A stretch of DNA of 64,000 nucleotides from Chitinophagales bacterium. Lineage in GTDB: Bacteria > Bacteroidota > Bacteroidia > Chitinophagales > Chitinophagaceae. The notes beneath the pieces were generated by a model. The model made no database searches and was not told the origin of the DNA. It saw nothing but the letters and a program-made list of their open reading frames with translations. Location: positions 911 through 64,910 of the forward strand of contig JBBRSV010000009.1 in the NCBI GenBank assembly GCA_038245055.1, given 5' to 3'. Shown piece after piece: positions 50,402 through 60,364 of this stretch; positions within the stretch are counted from its first letter, which is position 1; each line of letters opens with the position of its first letter. A program made the translations under genes and the position numbers.

Positions 50402-50524
50402 ATGATCAAACTGACAGTTCTGTATGGCCACCCTACGGATACCGCGAGTTCACCCGAAGGCCAGGCTACTGCGGCAGACCTTCCTAATTTTGCCACTGGG
50501 AGCGTAATTTTTTTTAACGGGTAA
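50402..50524 (+). pseudogene. EthD-family protein with a large internal deletion
   Basis: MIKLTVLYGHPTDTA (EthD N-terminus) joined directly to SSPEGQATAADLPNFATGSV (EthD C-terminus); 40 aa versus about 100 aa typical. Confidence 0.75.
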
Positions 50525-50636
50525 AGTGTAATAATAATTCGAGGACTTTTTGATAAGAGAATTACTCAAAACCTTACCTCAAAGGCATTCTTGTAACAAG
50601 TCACAAGATTAATCAATCACTTAATTTATAAAAAAC

Positions 50637-51008
50637 ATGCAAACAATAGGCATCATTGGAGGTTCGGGTTTTATAGGAAGTTAGATCACCAAAATCTTTT
50701 TGGAAAATAATTTTAAAGTACGCGTATCGCCTATCGATATAAACAGCAAAAGGCGTATAGCGAACGCAGCTATAAAGAAGGATGTGGAAACTTATCTCGC
50801 AGCAAGACCTAAAGGATCCACAACTATTTACTCAGTAATGGATGCGTTTGGATGTAATAATTATGCTACAGAGGTTGGAACAACCACAAGAAAAGATTCC
50901 ACCGGCGCTGTAATATACAAAGGCAAGTACATGGCTCTTTGGGAAAAACGAGATGGTAAGTGGATGTGCATTCGTGATATTGGTAATGATGATGAGAAGA
51001 AAAAGTAG
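50637..51008 (+). pseudogene. Chimeric remnant: NAD-dependent epimerase N-terminus (with TAG) fused to a DUF4440/SnoaL C-terminal half
   Basis: MQTIGIIGGSGFIGS*ITKIFLENNFKVRVS (Rossmann GxxGxxG, TAG at 50682) continues in frame into ...GKYMALWEKRDGKWMCIRDIGNDDEK. Confidence 0.7.
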
Positions 51009-51014
51009 GACAGG

Positions 51015-51072
51015 GTTACTCCTCACTGTAATGTATACACGCAAACAAGCCAGCTATGCAGTGATGAGTAAC
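51015..51072. repeat. Intergenic inverted repeat (16-bp stem)
   Basis: GTTACTCCTCACTGTA (51015-30) pairs with TGCAGTGATGAGTAAC (51057-72), one mismatch and one G-T. Confidence 0.6.
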
Positions 51073-51169
51073 ATCACCGAAACCTACAGGTAAATAGTAA
51101 GGAATAAGTGGGCGTATTAAGGTTGAGATTTAAAATGGGTTGTCAAATAAATATTAAAAGATTTTATAC

Positions 51170-52546
51170 ATGGCATCGCAAAACATCAGTGCATTAGAAA
51201 CAATACCTGCTGAATATTTAAGTGCTGAAATAGCACCGGCAACCGAAGGCTTAAAAAGGGAAATTGGTGTTTGGGGTGTTTTCATAAACGTTATCAATAA
51301 TACTGTTGGCAGTGGAATATTTTTATTGCCGGCTATTATTGCGGGCGTGTTGGGTAATACCAGCATATTCGCCTATATCGCTTGCGGTTTACTGTTTTTA
51401 TTAGTAATGTTATGTTATGCGGAGATAAGCAGCCAGGTAACATGTTCAGGTGGTTCCTATGCATACATCGAAAAGGCGTTTGGGCCTTACGCCGGTTTTA
51501 TTTCCAATACCCTGTTCTGGGTTGGCGTTGGTGTATTTGTTACTGCCGCCCTGGTAAATGGTGTTGGTGATATTTTGTCAGTAGCATTTCCTGTTTTAAA
51601 AAATTCTATTTACAGGGTGTTACTTTTTGCGGTACTCATTGGCTTCTCAGCCTACATAAATATTCGTGGTGTAAAACAAGGAATGACCGTCATTAAAATG
51701 GTTACCCTCATTAAAATGGTACCGCTTTTTTTACTAGTTGTACTGGGCTTTTGGGGATCAAAATTATCGAACCTCCGCATAGACCATCTCCCGTCATTTA
51801 AAAATTTAGGAGAGGTTTCACTCATTTTATTTTTTGCATTCGCCGGTGGTGAGACCGCCTTAAATGTCGGCGGCGAAATGAAAAATCCCAGTCGGTCCGC
51901 ACCGCTGGGAATCATATACGGCACACTCGCAACTATCGTTATTTTCTGTTCAATCCAATTAGCCGCGCAGGGCGTGTTAGGCTCTGAACTGGCGAATTTT
52001 AAAGAAGCACCCTTGGCTGCGGTAGCCGATAAACTTGTGGGACCATTTGGACACACAATAATTATCGCCGCTTCCGTTACGGCTATTTTCGGCATCCTAA
52101 ACTCGCTTCCTCTGGCATTTCCAAGAGTAATGCTTGCAGGCGCTGAGGACGGTTTATTGCCCAGATATCTTGCGAAAATTCATCCCCGATTTGCAACGCC
52201 TGTCAACGCAATCATTACGTTCTCAGCGATCGGTTTTGTTGTTGCTATTTCAGGTGGTTTCCGCCAATTAGCTGTAATAGTTGCCGCATCATTACTGTTG
52301 TTGTACTTAGGCGTTGTGCTCGCAACTATAAAATTCAGGCTTAGAAAAAATGTTGATAGATCATTAGCTTTTACGATTCCCGGTGGCTTAACGATTCCTA
52401 TTGCTGCATTAGCGGCGCTTTGTCTTTTTATTGTTCAGTTGCAGTTGAAAGAGATAATTGGCATTGCGATCTTTATAAGCGCCCTTTCAATAATTTATTT
52501 GTTTAAAAACGCCAGGGGAAAGCCTGAGCAAAAGAATTATTCCTGA
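51170..52546 (+). CDS. APC family amino acid permease
   Basis: VGSGIF, CYAE.SS..GGSYAY, FAFAGGE..GGEMKNP; about 12 TM helices. Confidence 0.92.
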   Translation: MASQNISALETIPAEYLSAEIAPATEGLKREIGVWGVFINVINNTVGSGIFLLPAIIAGVLGNTSIFAYIACGLLFLLVMLCYAEISSQVTCSGGSYAYIEKAFGPYAGFISNTLFWVGVGVFVTAALVNGVGDILSVAFPVLKNSIYRVLLFAVLIGFSAYINIRGVKQGMTVIKMVTLIKMVPLFLLVVLGFWGSKLSNLRIDHLPSFKNLGEVSLILFFAFAGGETALNVGGEMKNPSRSAPLGIIYGTLATIVIFCSIQLAAQGVLGSELANFKEAPLAAVADKLVGPFGHTIIIAASVTAIFGILNSLPLAFPRVMLAGAEDGLLPRYLAKIHPRFATPVNAIITFSAIGFVVAISGGFRQLAVIVAASLLLLYLGVVLATIKFRLRKNVDRSLAFTIPGGLTIPIAALAALCLFIVQLQLKEIIGIAIFISALSIIYLFKNARGKPEQKNYS

Positions 52547-52757
52547 AGAATAATACTTTCCGATGGGTTGTGTTCTTTATCCAATCTGCAAACAATTTGA
52601 TAAGTATAAACAATCTCATAAAGAAAAATGGTGGCTCAGTTATTTGTAATGCTTGTTATTTGTCAAACTAACGTTGAATGATATTCGAAATAAGAGAAAA
52701 TGTTTTCTACTTATCTTCTAAAATAAAATTGATTAATCATCTAAAAACTTAAACAAA

Positions 52758-53624
52758 ATGAAATCAGTAATTGTCACGGGTGCCAATAGAGGCATCGGGC
52801 TTGAAATATCGTTAGCATTTGCAAGGGCTGGCTACAAAGTTTTCGCAACTATGCGAAATCCCGATAGCGCCTCTGCGCTGAAACAAAAAATTAAAGACGA
52901 ATCTTTATCAATAAACATTTCGACGATGGATGTAAACGCTGATGAATCAGTTAAGCATTGCATGGAAAGTATTCTTCAGGAGAATGGACCCTTAGATGTT
53001 TTAGTGAACAATGCCGGGGTAGAACGGCACGGCTCTGTGGAAGAGTTGACTATGGGGGATTTCAAAGATGTGATGGAGACTAATTTTTTTGGAGTGCTTA
53101 GATGTACAAAGGCTTTATTGCCCTCAATGCGCACGAACAGGAATGGATGTATTATCAATATAGCCAGTGTTTCCGGCAAAATTGCTACGTCTCCATTGAG
53201 TGCTTATTGTGCCAGCAAATATGCACTGGAAGCCATGAGTGAAGCGCTGGCACAGGAAGTGAAATCTTTCAATATACGCGTTGCGATTATTGAACCGGGA
53301 ATTATCAGCACCGACATGGCCAAGGATATTAGCTTTAGCGAAGAATGCATTTATCCTCAGGCTAAACGCTTTGCGGGTCTCTTTGCAGCTTCACTTCAAA
53401 CACCAAGGCCTCCAGCTATGGTTGCCGATAAGTGCCTCGAAATTGCGGAAAGTGACTCCTGGCAATTCCGGCATCCTGTGGGGCCGGATGCGTTACCCTT
53501 TCTGCAATGGCGCGCATCAATGACAGATGAACAATATGTCGATTGGAATGCAGCTACAGACGACGAGTGGTATGAAGGCACACAAAATACTTTTGGGTTA
53601 GATGCGCGGCAGGTACAGCGATAG
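52758..53624 (+). CDS. Short-chain dehydrogenase/reductase
   Basis: TGANRGIG, NNAG, YCASK (YxxxK), IEPG. Confidence 0.95.
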   Translation: MKSVIVTGANRGIGLEISLAFARAGYKVFATMRNPDSASALKQKIKDESLSINISTMDVNADESVKHCMESILQENGPLDVLVNNAGVERHGSVEELTMGDFKDVMETNFFGVLRCTKALLPSMRTNRNGCIINIASVSGKIATSPLSAYCASKYALEAMSEALAQEVKSFNIRVAIIEPGIISTDMAKDISFSEECIYPQAKRFAGLFAASLQTPRPPAMVADKCLEIAESDSWQFRHPVGPDALPFLQWRASMTDEQYVDWNAATDDEWYEGTQNTFGLDARQVQR

Positions 53625-53699
53625 GTAAATCAATTTGCGGAGAAAAAGAATTACTTTGAATTGAAAAATGAAACGCAGATAAAAAGGTTACATTAATTA

Positions 53700-53710
53700 T
53701 TGCCTTTCAT
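53700..53710 (+). repeat. Intergenic motif TTGCCTTTCAT, copy 4
   Basis: Exact copy 24 bp upstream of the dipeptidase ATG. Confidence 0.55.
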
Positions 53711-53733
53711 TTGTATTTAATTAAAGCAAATAC

Positions 53734-54903
53734 ATGAAAATAAAACTTTTAATAATCGGGATTTTTTTTGCACAGTTTCTCGCAGCACAATCCTACAAAA
53801 AAATACATCGCAAAGCGATTGTTGTGGATACACATAATGATATTTTAATGAAAGCTGCGGATGTAGGCGTCGTTTTTGACCAGGACCTTACAGGTAAAAC
53901 ACATAGTGATTTGGCACGATGGAAAAAAGGCGGCCTTGATGTACAAATATTTTCCGTGTATTGTGATGGTGCTTTAAAAAATCCTTTCGCCTATGCCAAC
54001 CGGGAAATGGATAGCCTGGATGCTGTGGTGGCGCGCAATCCCGATAAAATTGTAAAAGTTGCCAACTATGCCGAGCTACTAAAAGTCGTAAAGCAACACA
54101 AGATCGCTGCTATGGTTGGCGTAGAAGGCGGCCATATGATAGAAGATGATCTAAATAAATTGGATTTACTCTATAAACGCGGTGCAAGATATTTAACCCT
54201 TACTCATAACGTTTCACCTTCATGGGCTACAAGCGCCGCGGATGAAACAACAAAAAAAGACCTGCCTCATAAAGGCCTTACGGATTTTGGCAAGCAGGTA
54301 GTGCAGCGTATGAACCAACTTGGGATGCTCGTTGACGTTAGTCATGCAGGTGATCAAACTTTTTGGGATGTGATTAATATTACCACTAAGCCAATCATTG
54401 CGTCACACAGTTCTGTTTACAGCCTCGTGCCACATAGACGCAATTTGAAAGATGAGCAGATAAAAGCGATCGCAAAAAATGGTGGTGTGATACAGATAAA
54501 TTTTAACCCGGGCTTTATTGACAGCACCTTCGGTAAAAAAGAGACAGCCTTTTTAAAAGAGCATGAAGCAGAGAACGATTCACTGATGAAAAGCGGCAAG
54601 GATGATTTTTACTCGCTGGATTATCTGTATCATAAATATGCGGCAGAAGCAAGCGCGATGCGGCCAGCACTTTCCATGCTTATTGACCATATTGTTTACA
54701 TCATCAATTTGGTGGGTGTTGATTATGTTGGCCTTGGCTCCGATTTTGATGGAATCAACCTTACACCACAGCAACTGGATGATGTAACGACTTACCCTTT
54801 AATTACAAAAGTATTGGTTGAAAAAGGTTATAATAAAAAAGAAATCACCAAAATTTTGGGAGGAAATTTTTTAAGAGTGTTAAAAGCCAATGAAGTAAAA
54901 TAG
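53734..54903 (+). CDS. Membrane dipeptidase (M19 family), exported
   Basis: DTHND, VEGGH, DVSH, ASHS, GSDFDG; signal peptide. Confidence 0.93.
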   Translation: MKIKLLIIGIFFAQFLAAQSYKKIHRKAIVVDTHNDILMKAADVGVVFDQDLTGKTHSDLARWKKGGLDVQIFSVYCDGALKNPFAYANREMDSLDAVVARNPDKIVKVANYAELLKVVKQHKIAAMVGVEGGHMIEDDLNKLDLLYKRGARYLTLTHNVSPSWATSAADETTKKDLPHKGLTDFGKQVVQRMNQLGMLVDVSHAGDQTFWDVINITTKPIIASHSSVYSLVPHRRNLKDEQIKAIAKNGGVIQINFNPGFIDSTFGKKETAFLKEHEAENDSLMKSGKDDFYSLDYLYHKYAAEASAMRPALSMLIDHIVYIINLVGVDYVGLGSDFDGINLTPQQLDDVTTYPLITKVLVEKGYNKKEITKILGGNFLRVLKANEVK

Positions 54904-55317
54904 GGATTAACGGCATCGTTTGCAATATTGGCTGTGCAACTATTTTATCGGAATATTTTTATACGAAAGATTTTCCTGACGAAGTTGATTAAGAGAAGAA
55001 GAAAATCTGGAAACCATTGTTCATTGGCATTGCAATATGTACCCTTTTTATTTTCTTCGCTGTTTGCGCGAAGAGCCAGGTAATTCAATAAATAGAAATT
55101 CAGCAAGCTCGGCTGCGCACTTCCCCTCATAAATATTTGGATATTTCATTGCTTATTTATAACGAGGTAACTGATTGAAACATTTTCTATCGCGAACTAT
55201 CAATATCGATATTTCTGATGCAGCTTTAATTATGCCTACGATCAATTCTATTACATGAAGCCTTATTAAATTTCCGCTTTTGTAATTATCTTCAATAACT
55301 ATTTCTTGAAAACAATT

Positions 55318-55766
55318 ATGAGATTTGAACCAATACATATTGATGAAGATAAAAGCAAAACCATCTATGCAAATGCTGATTGCCAGGGAATTTTCAAATC
55401 GTACCCTGCCTATTATTATAAAGTTGGATACAACCCGCCGTGGATTGGATATTTTGTAATTCGTGATGAAGTAGTAGTAGGCGTTGGTGGTTTTGTAGGA
55501 AAGCCACAAGATGGTGCAGTAGAAATCGCGTATGGAACTTTCAAAGCATTTGAAGGACAGGGCATAGCTACATTTCATGTAAGCAACTAATTTCAATAAC
55601 AAAATCAGTTGACCCCTTAATTATTATAACAGCTAAAACAGCCCCGGAACACAATGCCTCTGCGAAAATTTTATCAGGAAATGGATTTGAATTCACCGGT
55701 ATCGTGCAAGATGAAGGAATTGGCGATGCATGGCACTGGGTCTATACAGAATCACTGATCAAATAG
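55318..55766 (+). pseudogene. Frameshifted GNAT acetyltransferase
   Basis: VEIAYGTF..FEGQGIAT then a frame change at ACA-TTT-CAT (55570-78); the other frame continues SCKQLI..TAPEHNASAKIL..NGF..DAWHW to TAG 55766. Confidence 0.8.
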
Positions 55767-55890
55767 ATTGCTTCTGGCTATTATAACGGTTACGGACACA
55801 CTAAAATATTATTGATGTATGGTATTTTAAAGTTGCAAAATATCTGTGGTTCCTTATAGCAGACTATTCTTATCTTTATTATTAATTTTT

Positions 55891-57237
55891 ATGAAAAGAA
55901 AAACTTTTATTAAAATTGGCTCAACACTAATGGCTTCAACAATTTTATCTCCACTTGAGGGATTTTCTTATGATCAACAGGAGAGATTAAAAAACTGGGC
56001 TGGCAATATAACTTATAGCACGGATAATGTATTTTACCCTGAAACAACTGAAGCACTTCAGCAGCTTGTTAAAGACCACGCCAGGATTAAAGCACTGGGT
56101 ACAAAGCACTGCTTCAACCGGATTGCTGACAGCAGCAACAACCTGGTAAGTACCAGCAAATTGAATAAGGTTTTGTCGCTTGACACAGCCAACAATACGG
56201 TAACTGTTGAAGCGGGTATCAAATATGGCGAGCTGGCACCCTATCTTGATAGTAAAGGTTTTGCTTTGCATAACCTGGCTTCATTGCCCCATATTTCCGT
56301 TGGCGGATCTATCGCTACAGCTACCCATGGCTCAGGAATTAAGAACGGCAATCTTTCCAGCGCAGTTGTTGGTTTAGAAGTGGTAACTGCAGATGGGCAA
56401 GTTGTAAACTTTTCAAAAGAACTTGATGGTGAAAAACTCAATGCAGTGGTAGTTGGGTTGGGGGCAATTGGCATATCAACAAAAGTTACCCTTAAGGTTG
56501 AGCCCACTTACCAGGTAAGGCAATATGTATTTACCGGTATGCCAATGGCACAACTGAAAAATAATTTTGAAGAGATCATGTCGGCTGGTTATAGCGTTAG
56601 CTTGTTTACCGATTGGCAATCAGACCTCATAAACGAAGTTTGGATTAAGAGCCGTGTGGACGATGGTAAGGATCATAGCGGTCCCGAATTCTTTGGCGCC
56701 AAAGCTGCTCAAAAAAACCTTCATCCTATCATAGCATTATCTGCAGAAAATTGTACGCCACAAATGGGCGTTCCTGGCCCATGGTATGAAAGGCTCCCTC
56801 ATTTTAAAATGGGCTTTACTCCCAGCAGTGGTAAGGAACTTCAAACAGAATATTTTGTTCCACTATCAAATGCTGTAGACGCGATGGAAGCTGTTTATCG
56901 TTTGGGTAAAGAGATCGGCCCCCATTTATTTATAACCGAAATTCGTACTATTGCAGCAGACGATCTTTGGATGAGTCCTTGTTATCACCAAACTTCTGTT
57001 ACGATTCACTTTACGTGGAAGCAGGAAACCGAAGCCGTGCTACACCTTTTGCCGCAGATTGAAAAAGTGTTGGCGCCCTATAACGCCCGGCCTCACTGGG
57101 GCAAAGTATTTACCATGAGCCCAAAGGTTTTGGAATCGCGCTATGAAAAACTTGCCGAGTTTAAAAAGTTGGTTGCCGAATATGACCCCCGGGGAAAATT
57201 CAGGAATGAATTCCTGGAAAAAAATATTTATAGCTGA
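55891..57237 (+). CDS. FAD-linked oxidase, alditol oxidase/arabinono-lactone oxidase (VAO) family
   Basis: GTKHCFNRIAD, LHNLASLPHISVGGSIATATHGSG, ELQTEYF, RPHWGK; N-terminal MKRKTFIK export-like signal; ATG at 55891 preferred. Confidence 0.88.
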   Translation: MKRKTFIKIGSTLMASTILSPLEGFSYDQQERLKNWAGNITYSTDNVFYPETTEALQQLVKDHARIKALGTKHCFNRIADSSNNLVSTSKLNKVLSLDTANNTVTVEAGIKYGELAPYLDSKGFALHNLASLPHISVGGSIATATHGSGIKNGNLSSAVVGLEVVTADGQVVNFSKELDGEKLNAVVVGLGAIGISTKVTLKVEPTYQVRQYVFTGMPMAQLKNNFEEIMSAGYSVSLFTDWQSDLINEVWIKSRVDDGKDHSGPEFFGAKAAQKNLHPIIALSAENCTPQMGVPGPWYERLPHFKMGFTPSSGKELQTEYFVPLSNAVDAMEAVYRLGKEIGPHLFITEIRTIAADDLWMSPCYHQTSVTIHFTWKQETEAVLHLLPQIEKVLAPYNARPHWGKVFTMSPKVLESRYEKLAEFKKLVAEYDPRGKFRNEFLEKNIYS

Positions 57238-57422
57238 TTAAAAATCAATGCAAATTTTCTGGGAACTAATTACAAGTTTGTTTTTAAAAGCATTTGAGAG
57301 GAGCTGTTTTAAAATGCGTTTATACATAGTCGTTATATGGTGCCATATCCACATTGGTTCGGGCAAAAATAAACCCATAGAACAATTAGATGATCATTTA
57401 AAGCGATAGATAAAATCTACTT

Positions 57423-60008
57423 TTATTTATAAACGACCAGGCTGCTGTTATTAACACCATACACCTTTGCAATTGCCTTTATCTTCACACCTTTTTTCAG
57501 TTTAAATGGTTTTGTATACTCGTCTTTTGCTGTGAATGAGGGCGTGCTTCCGTTGTCTGTAAAGTAAATTTTTGCTCGGGGTGTTGAACAGGAAATATTG
57601 ATCACATTGCCTTTCAAACGGATAACTGGCAACGCAACCTGGTTGACATATTTTGCTGTTCTCTCATCATGGATAACGCCTTTCCAATTCATACCGAATC
57701 CAAAGTTATAGGCGTTACCGTTAGCATCTTTGTAGCAAATCATATCGTGTGGAATATCCTCGTCCTGCAACTCAACAGTTTTCATGTCTGCAGGCATTTG
57801 CACCGGCAATAATCCGGAAGGCTCATAGTCTCCGGTTAACACATCAAGTATTGCCTGGTTTTGTACGCCAAAATCAACCAAAATGGCATCGGCGTCTTTT
57901 TCAAATTCTGCAAAAATCATTGGTTTAGTAATCGCTGCAATAACGATCACGGGCTTTCCTTTCATGGCGACTTTCGTTTCGCGGATTGTTAGTAAGTCTT
58001 TTAAATTTCCCGCAGTGATTTTCTTGCCGCGATAAGTACGGTCTTTAACGGTTGGCTCTACCGGATCACCCGCTGCAAGGCTATGTTCCCTTGCATCTGT
58101 TGCTGTGTAAGGCTCATATTGAAGCGTGATGGGGACATATCCTGTTCCTCCATTTTCCCGGTCGTTGGCATCATAACCGGCGCCACCACTTGGGTTGCTG
58201 ACAAATACAATGGCATAATCTGCTTTTGAAGGATCATCAGTGATGTTGAAATATTTTTTTAGCAACTCCGGATTCACGGCATCTTCATATTTTTCTTTTG
58301 AAGGCGGACCAAAAAAACCTTGTAAAGAAGGTGTATATTTTTTAGGGATAAAAACAGTTTTATTTTTTTGCAATGGAAGCAAATTATTTTGATTCTTAAG
58401 CAACACAATTGATTTTAATTGTGCATCGAAGCCGGCTTTCATAAAACCGGGATTGCCAACAATTTGTTTTGAGGCCTCAATATCAAGATATGGATTTTCA
58501 AAAAGACCGACCCGGAAAATGTTTTTTAACAGCCTTACGGCAGACACTTCAAAACGGGCACGCATAAACGCTTCTCCGTGATCTTTTATACCCATCTGGT
58601 ACGCTTCAATTACTGGGCCTGCAATGTTATTTCCTCCAAACTGGTCTACACCAGCCATCAATACTTTATAGTGTCTTTCTGCAACAGTCTTCGATTCCAT
58701 TCCCCAGGATTTGCCGGCAAAAATTTCAGGAGTTTTTCCTTCGTCTGCTGTCACAAGCCAGTCCGTGCAAACCACACCATCATAGCCATATTTATTTCGC
58801 AATAAATCAGTGATAAGGTATTTACTGTAACTGTTGCCGCCATTTTCTCCATTTTTATCCCTATTATATGAAATAGTATAGTAAGGCATTAATGCAGAAG
58901 CCATTTTAGTTTTTCCAGAAAGTTTCATAGCGCCGTCTACAAATGAAATAAGGTGCTCATCAAAATTATTTCCAGGATAGACAGCAAACTTTCCGTAAGC
59001 AAAGTGAGCATCCCTGCCACCTTCCTCGGGGCCACCACCTGGCCAATGTTTTATCATGGCATTTACACTGTTATAACCCCAGCCATCTGCGATTTCGCTT
59101 TTGCCTGTTGAGGTTTGAAAACCGTCTACGTAAGCTCTTGCCATATCTGCATCAAGCAAAGGATCTTCACCAAAAGTTCCGTTAATGCGCGACCACCTTG
59201 GTTCAGTTCCAAGATCTATTTGTGGGGATAGGGCAGTGGCAATACCAAGTGCGCGATATTCTTTAGCTGCGATTGATCCAAAGTTTTTTACAACCGCCGG
59301 ATCAAAAGTTGCGGCAAGCCCAATCTCGTCGGGCCATTGCGAAATCTTTCCGCCGGCACCCGCTGTATATTCAACACCGGAATTAGTTCCATTTCTTGGA
59401 TCAGAACTATTATTTGCCGGTATACCAAAGCCTGACCCTTCAACCAACGCCTGCATATTGTTGTTCCATTGCGCCGCAATTTCCGGCGATTGAACGCTCG
59501 TTACTAAAACATGTCTCAGGTTATCTTTTATTAAAAATGACTTTTGCTGGTCAGATAAATCAGACGCCTTTTGGCCGGAAGAATCAAAGGGCATCCCATT
59601 ATAAGTTACCGGTCCCATTGGGCCTTGCCTTCCCGGAATTGCCTGGTGGCCGCTGTATAACATGAGGCCCGCAATTTGTTCGATAGATAATTTTGAGGCA
59701 AGGTCTTTTGCACGCTGGTCTACCGGTAAGCGCCAGTCTTCATATTTATCAAGTTTTCCGTTTTTATTAAGGTCCTTAAAAGCAAGCCCGTCTATAGTTA
59801 ATATAGTAATGCCTGATGAGATAGAATATCCTAAGGTGGGCCCATTAGTATTTTTTATGAAAACAATGCCAGAATTGTCTTTGCTGATCATTGTCCATTT
59901 ATTTGCGCCAGGATCTTTTTTTATAAACGACATCAACATATATGCAATTGGCAAAAATCCAGACAAAGAAAATATCTGTAAGATGGAACGTAGATTTTTT
60001 ATTCTCAT
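57423..60008 (-). CDS. GH3 beta-glucosidase with C-terminal chitobiase/Fn3-associated domain
   Basis: PRWSR..GTFGED, MIKHWPG, VCTDW nucleophile, SIVLLKN; C-terminal IYFTDNGSTP..EYTKPF; ATG at 60008 preferred. Confidence 0.92.
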   Translation of the reverse strand: MRIKNLRSILQIFSLSGFLPIAYMLMSFIKKDPGANKWTMISKDNSGIVFIKNTNGPTLGYSISSGITILTIDGLAFKDLNKNGKLDKYEDWRLPVDQRAKDLASKLSIEQIAGLMLYSGHQAIPGRQGPMGPVTYNGMPFDSSGQKASDLSDQQKSFLIKDNLRHVLVTSVQSPEIAAQWNNNMQALVEGSGFGIPANNSSDPRNGTNSGVEYTAGAGGKISQWPDEIGLAATFDPAVVKNFGSIAAKEYRALGIATALSPQIDLGTEPRWSRINGTFGEDPLLDADMARAYVDGFQTSTGKSEIADGWGYNSVNAMIKHWPGGGPEEGGRDAHFAYGKFAVYPGNNFDEHLISFVDGAMKLSGKTKMASALMPYYTISYNRDKNGENGGNSYSKYLITDLLRNKYGYDGVVCTDWLVTADEGKTPEIFAGKSWGMESKTVAERHYKVLMAGVDQFGGNNIAGPVIEAYQMGIKDHGEAFMRARFEVSAVRLLKNIFRVGLFENPYLDIEASKQIVGNPGFMKAGFDAQLKSIVLLKNQNNLLPLQKNKTVFIPKKYTPSLQGFFGPPSKEKYEDAVNPELLKKYFNITDDPSKADYAIVFVSNPSGGAGYDANDRENGGTGYVPITLQYEPYTATDAREHSLAAGDPVEPTVKDRTYRGKKITAGNLKDLLTIRETKVAMKGKPVIVIAAITKPMIFAEFEKDADAILVDFGVQNQAILDVLTGDYEPSGLLPVQMPADMKTVELQDEDIPHDMICYKDANGNAYNFGFGMNWKGVIHDERTAKYVNQVALPVIRLKGNVINISCSTPRAKIYFTDNGSTPSFTAKDEYTKPFKLKKGVKIKAIAKVYGVNNSSLVVYK

Positions 60009-60364
60009 AATCGTAATTTTTAATAAGGACCTAATAATTGATAATTCGCCAAAGCAAAAATAGCTAACGCGTAATAAAAGTATCCGCATTGTTGGCCAGC
60101 GAAAGCAATTATTATTTTTTAAAATTAATTTATTTAAGGTGCGAATGTATTTTTTGATTTTGATGCGGACTAATAATTGAGACGAAAAGGCAAAATTTTG
60201 CGACTAAATAAATTTTGTCTTTGGAAGGATAACAATAGAAAAGAACAAGCAATTTTTATTTTGAACAATGCGGAAATGAAACGATAAAAAAACTTAAATC
60301 TTTTTAGCGGAGTATTAAAAAATGGATTTAAATTTTAAGAAAGAAATAATTTGAATTATTGTCA

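Noticed and set aside
51061-51095. Hammerhead-ribozyme-like core (TGATGAG...CGAAAC)
   Set aside because: C3 is G without a compensating change, stem II cannot form, and there is no GUH cleavage triplet after a stem III
54945-55148. Possible decayed minus-strand gene (MKYPNIYEGKCAAELAEFLFIELPGS...)
   Set aside because: Needs two frameshifts and I cannot assign a family; insufficient support without a search
55153-55602. 149-aa minus-strand ORF
   Set aside because: Antisense shadow of the frameshifted GNAT gene; no motif
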